57,371 nucleotides of DNA. Source: Defluviitaleaceae bacterium. Lineage in GTDB: Bacteria > Bacillota > Clostridia > Lachnospirales > WQUN01. Position numbers and translations under genes: made by a program. This document shows, in pieces, positions 36,895 through 44,470 of this stretch (within the stretch, counting starts at the first letter, position 1; every line of letters begins with the position of its first letter). The DNA is taken from contig WQSB01000002.1 in assembly GCA_009788085.1 (NCBI GenBank), positions 1 to 57,371 on the forward strand, given 5' to 3'. The notes under the pieces were generated by a model. It was given only the letters and a program-made list of their open reading frames with translations. It did no database searches and was not told the DNA's origin.

Positions 36895-38823
36895 ATGGCA
36901 ATGTTTGAATATGGCAATACGATAAATGCAATGAGGGTGCGCAGACAGTGGCAGCAATATAAGCTGGCGCAAACAAGACCCAAGGGTGCAAGCTCGATGG
37001 CGTTTGAAACCGTGTCCCGCATAGAAAACCACCGACGCCAGCCCGACACAAAAACCATGCGCAAGCTATTGTCAACCCTTGAGCTGCCGGAGCAATTCAT
37101 ATTTCCTTACTTGGAAAACACGTCATCGGTAGCTTTTACGCTTCGCGAGGCTCTGCTTGACGCGCTGGATACTGCGGAAAACGAGTTTCGGGAGTTAAAC
37201 ACCGCCGAAGAATTGTTTGCTCAAATATGCCCTAAGATAAGCATACACTCGGTCATAAACAGGCAATTTATCATAAGCTGCCAAGCCCGGTTGTATAGAA
37301 TGCAGAGCAAAGCCGCAAAAGAGCTTTATCCGCTTATAAATGAGGGGATGCGGCTTACATATCCCGAATTTAATATGCAATCCTTTAAATACAAGCTGCT
37401 TCTTTATGAAGAAGCCAGCCTCTTGCACACTTTAGCTTTGACTTTGGCTGGTGACGGCAAGCCGGACGATGCCATTGAGGTATTGCATAAACTTAAACAA
37501 GGGCTTGAAGACATGCCGGAGGACAATAGGAAAAAAGAACTCAAACTGCCCCAAGTGATTATGACCTTATGCAAGCTGCTGATAAATAAACAAGACTATG
37601 AAAACGCCTTAAACATGTGCGAGTTGGGGCGCGATACTTCCATCAAGCGCAATAAGGGGCGGCTTACGCCATGCTTTTTATATAACAAAGCCCTATGCCT
37701 ATTCCATATGAAAAGCCCGGATGAATGCCCAAGCCTATTAAGACAGGCATATTTTGGCTTTGCTCTAATGGGAATGAAAGACCACGCAAATGACGTGTTG
37801 GCAAATTCCCGCGCTATTTTTGGCATAGATATCAACACCTACGGAACAGAAAATTTGCAGCCCATCGTAGCTACCCCACCAAAAAAACACGGCAGCGCGG
37901 AGGCTTGCGAAAATATAGGCGACCTAATGCGCCAGTTTAGAGAAGAGGCCGGTGTAAGCGCGAAAACCATATATCAAGGCATATGCACCCCTTCGGCCTA
38001 TACCCGCATCGAATACGGAGCAATAGAGCGGCCTGATATATACGTAATAGAAGCCCTGATGCAAAGGCTGGGCCGCGACCCGGACAAATACTATAATATG
38101 TTTCTTATCAAAAATGAATTTGACGACAAACAAACCCGTGATGAAATCATGTCACTGTTGGTTGCACGAAAATATGACGAGGCGGAAAAATTGCTGGAAA
38201 GTATAAAGGATACCAAGGCTTTCAAAAAAAATGTCGGCAAGCAGTTTGTATTAAGCGTAGAAGCATCCATTTACCGCAGCCGCCAGGGATACATCCCTGA
38301 ATACGAAGAAATGCTTCTTAAAGCACTAAAGACAACCTTGCCAAATTTTGACGAACGCTGGATTGCCGGATACCACCTGACACACCGGGAAATCACGATA
38401 ATCATGCAACTGGCAAATTATCATGCCGAAAAAAAGGCAAAAGAATTAGACCGCAGCATAAAGATATATGAACGACTTAGAACCAGCATGAACAAAATCT
38501 ATGTAGACGGGAATGAAATGATACGAACATACGGAACCTTGCTATACAATTACTCCAAGTATCTTGGGCTTGCTGGTCAGTATCAAAAAGCCCTCGAAAT
38601 TGTGAACGAGGGCGAATTGCTGTGCTTTTCATATGGGCGAGTTAGACAGCTTCCGGGGTTTGCAATCAATAGAGCATATGACCTCTTACATCTTGGTAAA
38701 AAAGAAGAAAGCATTCCCTATTTTGCTATGGCGTACTATGGCTCTGCCCTAATTGGAAGAACCGGAAACCAAAATGTAACTGGCAAATTTGCAGAGGAGC
38801 GACTTAATATTATTTTCGATTAA
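36895..38823 (+). CDS. Tandem double HTH (XRE-type) + helical-repeat regulator, RNPP/Rgg-like pseudo-dimer
   Basis: There are two consecutive modules of about 320 aa. Each opens with an XRE-like HTH (VSRIENHRRQPDTKTMRKLL; YTRIEYGAIERPDIYVIEALMQRL) and ends similarly (LRQAYFGFALMGMKDHAN versus YFAMAYYGSALIGRTGNQN). Confidence 0.65.
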   Translation: MAMFEYGNTINAMRVRRQWQQYKLAQTRPKGASSMAFETVSRIENHRRQPDTKTMRKLLSTLELPEQFIFPYLENTSSVAFTLREALLDALDTAENEFRELNTAEELFAQICPKISIHSVINRQFIISCQARLYRMQSKAAKELYPLINEGMRLTYPEFNMQSFKYKLLLYEEASLLHTLALTLAGDGKPDDAIEVLHKLKQGLEDMPEDNRKKELKLPQVIMTLCKLLINKQDYENALNMCELGRDTSIKRNKGRLTPCFLYNKALCLFHMKSPDECPSLLRQAYFGFALMGMKDHANDVLANSRAIFGIDINTYGTENLQPIVATPPKKHGSAEACENIGDLMRQFREEAGVSAKTIYQGICTPSAYTRIEYGAIERPDIYVIEALMQRLGRDPDKYYNMFLIKNEFDDKQTRDEIMSLLVARKYDEAEKLLESIKDTKAFKKNVGKQFVLSVEASIYRSRQGYIPEYEEMLLKALKTTLPNFDERWIAGYHLTHREITIIMQLANYHAEKKAKELDRSIKIYERLRTSMNKIYVDGNEMIRTYGTLLYNYSKYLGLAGQYQKALEIVNEGELLCFSYGRVRQLPGFAINRAYDLLHLGKKEESIPYFAMAYYGSALIGRTGNQNVTGKFAEERLNIIFD

Positions 38824-38978
38824 TCGGTTTCGTTCTCTGTATCATGTATACTGCTGGGTGAAGGCACATCATAGCAACCAGCAACACCCTCGCCACCACT
38901 CACCGGAATCGCGGACAACACAACCACCATACAACAGACCAACGCGCACAACTTCCTTGCCAAACCAGACTTACGCAT
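38820..38978 (-). CDS. Small secreted pro-peptide (52 aa), absent from the ORF track
   Basis: The sequence is MRKSGLARKLCALVCCMVVVLSAIPVSGGEGVAGCYDVPSPSSIHDTENETD. SD AAGGAG lies 8 nt upstream. It has a Sec-type signal-like N-terminus, and its stop overlaps the regulator stop by 3 nt. Confidence 0.55.
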   Translation of the reverse strand: MRKSGLARKLCALVCCMVVVLSAIPVSGGEGVAGCYDVPSPSSIHDTENETD

Positions 38979-39034
38979 ACCATCAACTCCTTAAAATTTT
39001 TGTATCTTCATTATAATACGACATGATTCATCAA

Positions 39035-39078
39035 AACTTGACACCTTATGCAAAAATCTTTGAGTAAGGTGTCAAGTT
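39035..39078. promoter_or_regulatory. Perfect 14-bp inverted repeat (candidate regulator box) centred between two divergent promoters
   Basis: The repeat is AACTTGACACCTTA-N16-TAAGGTGTCAAGTT. TATAAT boxes at 39010-39015 (minus strand) and 39098-39103 (plus strand) are each centred 44 bp from the dyad centre. Confidence 0.65.
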
Positions 39079-39144
39079 GCGATGCTGAACTATGGATTAT
39101 AATAGCTACAGCAACAAAATTTAAAATGAAAGGAGGAGATACTT

Positions 39145-39309
39145 ATGACACCAATCATTACTACAGAGTGGGCAGCTGATGATGTTATAAATCCAGCATC
39201 AATAACAACCCATTGTAATCTTGACCCGCAGTGCTACACTCGGCCTACACCACCGCAACCGCCACAAATTTCGCCAATAGGATGCTTTGTACCTCAATCC
39301 ATAAGCTAA
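39145..39309 (+). CDS. Small Cys/Pro-rich peptide (54 aa), absent from the ORF track; possible RiPP precursor
   Basis: The sequence is MTPIITTEWAADDVINPASITTHCNLDPQCYTRPTPPQPPQISPIGCFVPQSIS. SD AGGAGG lies 8 nt upstream of the ATG. Confidence 0.5.
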   Translation: MTPIITTEWAADDVINPASITTHCNLDPQCYTRPTPPQPPQISPIGCFVPQSIS

Positions 39310-39393
39310 CCATTAGCTAGGGAAGGTTCAACAAGCCACGCTTTGTTGTTGGTTTGTTGAACCTTTTGGCGCATGAGAGGATGATGTAATTTT

Positions 39394-40977
39394 ATGAAGA
39401 AGAGAATACTGCTTCTTGGGCTAGTGATTTTTATTTTAGCTTCTTGCGGCTCAAGAACCAACCGTGACGAGGCTTCAAGTACAGGGGAAGCATATGAAAT
39501 TGAAACCGCACCATCCTCAGAAATTGAATATACAGTTGCACATCTGAATGAAGAAACGGAAATTGAATATTCCGCGGAAGTTATAACGCCCACCTTACAA
39601 GAAGTGCTGCAACGCGCAAATGAGCGCAGAGAGGGCATAATCAAGAGGGATTATAGCGATATCCTTGTAATGATAGAGGGGCATGTGCCCAACCCTGAAA
39701 GCATTTTAAATTTCCAAACCTCCCCGCAGGCGCGAAATATATCCCAAGAGGATGCTATCGCGGATGCAATGGATTTCTTTCAGCTAATGCGGGATATGTA
39801 TGCCGGGTACTTTTACTTTGGCGGCGATGAGGTGTTCTTGCCCGTGCGCGACGCTGTTTTGGAGGAGCTTGCAACCCTTGGGGCAGAGTTCCCGGCATTT
39901 AGGCTTGGGCAGATTTTGCGGGTGCATCTTTCCGGGGTCATTTGGGACAGTAATTTTGGCATAGACGGGCACAATTTAGGCCGCCCGTTGGCTTACTTTA
40001 TCGGCAGCACCCCTTTTGACAGGACAGCGGACGGATTCCGCAACAGGGAAACTGGCCTGTATGCCGTGGAAGTGGATGGCATACCGATAAATGAAGTGAT
40101 GGAACTGTCCCTAAGTCAATCCGGGGAATTTTACTATAACATTGTCATGCTACTGGAAAGTTCCTATTCGCTCATAATGCCCACTGTGACATACAGCAAT
40201 GGCACAAGCGAAGAACTTCGCCTTACCAGAGTACAAACCCAGAGAAGAGGCGTTTTTCCGCCCAGTCTTGAAGTTATCAACGGCGTACCCGTAGTCACCA
40301 TACGTCGAATGACTCACGAAGGGCTCTTGGAAGCTCCTTTCATGGACGGAATTCAGCTGGAATTGACAAATACTTTCATGTCTTTTGCGGAAGAACTAAA
40401 AGACGAGCCCGTAGTAATTGTAGATTTGCGGGGCAATACCGGCGGCGCGGGCCTCCTTTCCGCCAGATGGCTGCATACGTTTACGGGCGAATTTGTTCCA
40501 AGCAATTTTGTTGAATTTGGCGTAAGCGAAGTCCGCCCTGAATTGCGCCCCATCACCCCGGAATGCACTTGGTCGTATGTTTCCGCCGAAAATATAGAAC
40601 GGTATTGGCCGTCAATATTGGTTGGCGAAGGATACTTTCTGACCGGGCACTTGCCTGACAGGATTATTGAACGGGATAATCTGCTTATTGTATTAACAGA
40701 CAGGTATGTATGGTCGGCGGCGGAAATGTTTGTTGATTTATCCACAAATATTTCCAACACATTGATTATAGGAACCAACACCGGCGGTGTTGTGCATTTT
40801 AAAGGCTATCAATCAGGAACTATGCCTCGTTCCGGCGTTCGGTTTAATTTTGCTTCCGCCGCAATTGTTTGGCCGGAAGGGCATTGCCCCGAAAGAGTGG
40901 GCATCACGCCGGATATATGGGTGCGCGGCGACGCACTGGCCGCCACACTGGCCATGCTTGGCGAATTGGAGGGATAA
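39394..40977 (+). CDS. Lipoprotein, S41-family (C-terminal processing type) serine peptidase
   Basis: It has lipobox LASCG and the motifs DLRGNTGGAG, VWSAAEMF and IIGTNTGG. Confidence 0.65.
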   Translation: MKKRILLLGLVIFILASCGSRTNRDEASSTGEAYEIETAPSSEIEYTVAHLNEETEIEYSAEVITPTLQEVLQRANERREGIIKRDYSDILVMIEGHVPNPESILNFQTSPQARNISQEDAIADAMDFFQLMRDMYAGYFYFGGDEVFLPVRDAVLEELATLGAEFPAFRLGQILRVHLSGVIWDSNFGIDGHNLGRPLAYFIGSTPFDRTADGFRNRETGLYAVEVDGIPINEVMELSLSQSGEFYYNIVMLLESSYSLIMPTVTYSNGTSEELRLTRVQTQRRGVFPPSLEVINGVPVVTIRRMTHEGLLEAPFMDGIQLELTNTFMSFAEELKDEPVVIVDLRGNTGGAGLLSARWLHTFTGEFVPSNFVEFGVSEVRPELRPITPECTWSYVSAENIERYWPSILVGEGYFLTGHLPDRIIERDNLLIVLTDRYVWSAAEMFVDLSTNISNTLIIGTNTGGVVHFKGYQSGTMPRSGVRFNFASAAIVWPEGHCPERVGITPDIWVRGDALAATLAMLGELEG

Positions 40978-40979
40978 TA

Positions 40980-41257
40980 ATGAAGCTTATTAAGCACATG
41001 ATTTTTGTAGATGTCGATGAGGACAAGAAGCTGAGCTGTACAGCAACCTACAATCCCGTGGATATTTAGTTCAAAACGATGGCGAAGAAGCTGCTATGAA
41101 AGATAAAGTATTGAATGATTTGCGTGAAAGGCACTCCCACATCAAGGCACAGTGTAGGTCAATGACATTTATACTGACATATGACTGCAACTTTAGATGC
41201 GCGTACGTTTATACAAGAAAACCCCCTTCAGCGTATGTTGGAATATTTTTCTTGTAG
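40980..41257 (+). pseudogene. Decayed 5' remnant of a radical SAM/SPASM peptide maturase
   Basis: Two frames read MKLIKHMIFVDVDEDKKL... and ...ELYSNLQSRGYLVQNDGEE...SMTFILTYDCNFRCAYVY. This matches the usual N-terminus and CxxxCxxC box, but the third Cys is Val and a stop follows about 15 codons later. The rest of the gene is missing. Confidence 0.65.
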
Positions 41258-41318
41258 AATTATGTATTATATTGCTTAATGTGTCAATACTTTTTGTTGG
41301 CAGATTTTAAATAAAATG

Positions 41319-41356
41319 AAAAAGCCCATCCAACAATATGAACTGATGGGCTTTTT
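41319..41356. terminator. Bidirectional intrinsic terminator
   Basis: The sequence is AAAAAGCCCATC-N14-GATGGGCTTTTT. Confidence 0.65.
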
Positions 41357-41397
41357 CATTTAGAAAATATACAAAATGCTGAGATGGAAAATCATAG

Positions 41398-41426
41398 TTG
41401 ATTTCTTTATGCCTATGGAATATAAT
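41398..41426 (+). promoter_or_regulatory. Sigma-A-type promoter upstream of the FliD-like gene
   Basis: The sequence is TTGATT, a 17-nt spacer, then TATAAT. Confidence 0.55.
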
Positions 41427-41479
41427 ACATACATAAAAGTATAGTTCTTAGAAAGCTACTAGAAAGCGGGGTAATTCTC

Positions 41480-42667
41480 ATGACTATACGTAGTATGGCT
41501 TTACAAACTATGCGCATGGGCAACTTCCAAGGTCTCCCCGGGGCGGCGTCGCCCGTTCCCGGTTTGCCGGGCAATAATGCGGGAAGTCAAAGCATCGCCC
41601 GAACCAACGAAAATATCCGCAATGCCGGAAGCGCGATGTCAGCGGCCTTGGAGATTTTAACTGGCCGGGATTCAGCCCCCTTACAGGGGCGTACTTCCGA
41701 TGCGGACGTAGCCACGGTCAGTGTGGACAGCAGGCGTTTGATAACGTCCATGCCGCCCCGGGACACAAGAATTGACGTGGAGCAAATCGCCCAAGCCCAA
41801 GTCAATACCGGAGACGCTCTGACAGCGAACTTAAGAACCATTGACTCCGGCGCGTTTTCCTTTGAAATTGAGGCTAACGGCAGAACCCACACCTTCAATA
41901 TTAATGTGACGGACAATCACGATAACGTATCCATCCAGCGGTTAATGGCCAATGCTATCAATGACAGAAATATCGGCGTAAACGCCACCGTTCAAACCGG
42001 AACGGATGATGGCAGCGCAACCTCCACTCTGACCTTGACCTCCGCCCAAACCGGCGAGGGCGCGGCGTTTAGAGTAACGGATGCAAGTGGCGGCCTTGCG
42101 GCGGCCATGGGCATAGACACTGTTGACCAGCAGGCCAGAAACGCGATATTTTCCATAAACGGCGGCGAGGCAAGAACGTCTCAGTCCAATGATGTAAACA
42201 TTGCGGCGGGCGTAACAGCCACGCTGACGGGCGAAGGCCGGACAGATATCACCTTTGGCCGCGAGCCTGGGCAGCTGATTGGCGCGGTTACAGACCTTGT
42301 AAACGCCATCAACTCCGCCATGAGAAGCACCAATGCCAATGATGGCCGCGGTTCGTCAAGATTCCTTCAAGACCTTCACGGCATGAACGTAACCTTCGCC
42401 TCCGCGCTTTCGCGAGTGGGCATTGATGTCCAGAACAACGGTCAGTTGTCCATACACGCGGGCCGCTTGGAAGCCGCCGCAGCAGACGGCAGCTTATCAA
42501 GCTTCTTTGAAGGCCGGGGCTTTGGTGCGCGGGTAGAGCGTATCGCAAACAACGCCATCAATACCAATCACTACGCAAACGCTGCCGCTCCCGTCAATTT
42601 CAATAACAATATGTTTAACTTCGAAAACACCAATAATCAGTGGAACATGTTTAATCTGTTTGGATAA
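41480..42667 (+). CDS. FliD-like (flagellar filament cap-like) protein lacking the usual N-terminal region, with N/Q-rich tail
   Basis: FliD-type middle and C-terminal patterns are present: VDVEQIAQAQVNTG, NAIFSINGGEARTSQSNDVNIAAGVTATLTG, LSRVGIDVQNNGQLSIHAGRLEAAAADGSLSSFF. This was recognised by eye only. Confidence 0.45.
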   Translation: MTIRSMALQTMRMGNFQGLPGAASPVPGLPGNNAGSQSIARTNENIRNAGSAMSAALEILTGRDSAPLQGRTSDADVATVSVDSRRLITSMPPRDTRIDVEQIAQAQVNTGDALTANLRTIDSGAFSFEIEANGRTHTFNINVTDNHDNVSIQRLMANAINDRNIGVNATVQTGTDDGSATSTLTLTSAQTGEGAAFRVTDASGGLAAAMGIDTVDQQARNAIFSINGGEARTSQSNDVNIAAGVTATLTGEGRTDITFGREPGQLIGAVTDLVNAINSAMRSTNANDGRGSSRFLQDLHGMNVTFASALSRVGIDVQNNGQLSIHAGRLEAAAADGSLSSFFEGRGFGARVERIANNAINTNHYANAAAPVNFNNNMFNFENTNNQWNMFNLFG

Positions 42668-43685
42668 TCCACTCTACAAGGGCTTTAATTGTAAAATCAA
42701 TGTCTGCCTTGGTGATGTCATTGTGTGTGACAAAGCGGTATTCGGTATTTTCGGACGAATTGATTTTTATACCTTTTTCTATTAAATGCCTCTCAAAGCC
42801 GGCATGGTCGAAGGATGGGTTTGGGATTTTGAAAAATACCATGTTTATGTGAACCGCCTCCGGGTCTATGGAAATTTGCGGGATTTCGTTGAGACGCTTG
42901 GTTAAGTAGCGGGCATTTTCATGGTCTATGTGGAGCCGCCGGGTCATTTTTTCCAGGGCGATTAAGCCCGCAGCCGCCAGAATCCCAACCTGCCGCATTC
43001 CTCCGCCGAGAAGCTTTCTAAATTTTCGCGCACGCTTTATAAAGGAAGCTTCTCCGCACAGCATCGAGCCAACGGGGGCGCACAGCCCTTTTGACAGGCA
43101 GAACATCACGGAATCGCAATACCGCGTGATTTCTTTTGCCTCAATGTTTAAATGTACGGCGGCGTTAAAAAGCCTTGCGCCGTCCATGTGAACGGGAAGC
43201 TTATGCCGCTTTGCTGCGTCGTAGGCTTCCTTCATTTTTGCCAAAGAAACTACTTTGCCGTTTGACAGCGCGTTTTCCACGCACACAAGCCCCGTGTCAG
43301 GATAGTGAATGTCGTCGCCGCGAACAGCCGCGTCTATATCCGCGCCGCCGATGGTATCGTCGGGGTTGTTTACTATTCGATAGCTCACGCCTGCCAGCAA
43401 TGCCGCGCCGCCGACCTCATGGGCGACTATATGGGAATTCTGGCCGAGGATAATTTCGTCGCCCCGTTTTGTGTGCGCCATTATGGCAAGCTGATTACCC
43501 ATGGTGCCTGACGGCACAAACAACGCCGCTTCGTATCCTACAATTTCCGCCGCCATTTTTTCCAGTGCTATTACGGTGGGGTCGTCCTCGTAAACGTCGT
43601 CACCCACGACAGCGTTGGTCATGGCTGCGCGCATTTCATCCGTGGGTAAAGTAACCGTATCCGAACGCAAATCAATAAATTTCAT
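42651..43685 (-). CDS. ltaE: Low-specificity L-threonine aldolase
   Basis: The N-terminus is MKFIDLRSDTVTLPTDEMRAAM...GDDVYEDDPT...SGTMGNQ, and the PLP-Lys region is CLSKGL. SD AAAGGAG lies 8 nt upstream of ATG 43685. Confidence 0.85.
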   Translation of the reverse strand: MKFIDLRSDTVTLPTDEMRAAMTNAVVGDDVYEDDPTVIALEKMAAEIVGYEAALFVPSGTMGNQLAIMAHTKRGDEIILGQNSHIVAHEVGGAALLAGVSYRIVNNPDDTIGGADIDAAVRGDDIHYPDTGLVCVENALSNGKVVSLAKMKEAYDAAKRHKLPVHMDGARLFNAAVHLNIEAKEITRYCDSVMFCLSKGLCAPVGSMLCGEASFIKRARKFRKLLGGGMRQVGILAAAGLIALEKMTRRLHIDHENARYLTKRLNEIPQISIDPEAVHINMVFFKIPNPSFDHAGFERHLIEKGIKINSSENTEYRFVTHNDITKADIDFTIKALVEWIIQTD

Positions 43686-43819
43686 ATGCATCGCTCCTTT
43701 TTCTATATAAATCCCGAAAATAATCGTCTCAGTCTGTCGCTCAAAACGCCGCCGACGCAGTCGCAGCATCGCTCCGTCTGGGACGTTATTTTCTGGGATT
43801 CATATAAGTATACCAAAAT

Positions 43820-43848
43820 TTGACGCATAAATAATATGTACATATAAT
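43820..43848 (+). promoter_or_regulatory. Near-consensus promoter abutting the trmL start codon
   Basis: The sequence is TTGACG, a 17-nt spacer, then TATAAT. The -10 box ends 6 nt before ATG 43855, and no SD lies between them. Confidence 0.55.
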
Positions 43849-43854
43849 TCATGC

Positions 43855-44316
43855 ATGAATATAGTTCTATTTGAGCCGGAAATTCCCCATAACACAGGTG
43901 CTATTGGCCGTACATGCCTTGTAACGGGCACGGGGTTGCATCTTATCCGCCCGCTGGGCTTTTTTTTGGATGAAAAATCCTTAAAGCGGGCGGGGATGGA
44001 TTACTGGCCGCAAATTAATGCCCGCGAGTATGATAATTTTGAGCATTTTATGGTGGAGAACCCTAAGATTCGATTCCACCTGGTGGAAACGGGTGGCGTG
44101 AAAACCTACGCCCAAGCCGAATTCCAGTCGGGGGATTTTTTCATTTTCGGCAGCGAATCCAAAGGCCTGCCCCCACGGCTTTTAAAAAAATATCCGGACC
44201 GGGTTATCTCAATTCCCATGAAGGGCGAGCGGTCTCTGAATTTATCTGTGTCTGTCGGAATTGTGCTGTACGAGGCGTTGCGGCAAAATGATTTTTTTTG
44301 CCTTTCGCGGGAATAA
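43855..44316 (+). CDS. trmL: tRNA (cytidine/uridine-2'-O)-methyltransferase TrmL (SpoU family)
   Basis: MNIVLFEPEIPHNTGAIGRTC...FGSESKGLP...SLNLSVSVGIVLYEALRQ is close to the canonical TrmL pattern. Confidence 0.9.
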   Translation: MNIVLFEPEIPHNTGAIGRTCLVTGTGLHLIRPLGFFLDEKSLKRAGMDYWPQINAREYDNFEHFMVENPKIRFHLVETGGVKTYAQAEFQSGDFFIFGSESKGLPPRLLKKYPDRVISIPMKGERSLNLSVSVGIVLYEALRQNDFFCLSRE

Positions 44317-44375
44317 TATTACCGTTCAGTTACAGACGGAACCTTCGTGCATATGAATCGTTTACTAGGATGAAA

Positions 44376-44442
44376 AGTGTGAAAATTTGCGAAGCGAATT
44401 TTTGCACCAACCGATTTCTGCCGCCGCTTTCAGGCGGCATGG
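44376..44442. repeat. 67-bp repeat, copy A (intergenic)
   Basis: It is identical at 64/67 positions to 49296-49362 in the same orientation. It contains hairpin TGCCGCC-GCTTTCA-GGCGGCA. Confidence 0.85.
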
Positions 44443-44470
44443 ATTAAATATTAAAAGAGAGGTGCTAGAA

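Noticed and set aside
38789-39016. 75-aa track ORF downstream of the regulator (Pro/His/Thr-rich)
   Set aside because: It is the antisense frame of the better-supported 52-aa signal-peptide ORF. It has no SD and is low-complexity.
39306-39644. 112-aa minus-strand ORF
   Set aside because: It lies antisense to the start of the S41 lipoprotein gene and has no SD.
44400-44420. Sigma-54-like TGGTGC-N5-TTCGC on the minus strand of the 67-bp repeat
   Set aside because: It matches the TGGCAC-N5-TTGCW consensus poorly, and the two copies have inconsistent gene contexts.
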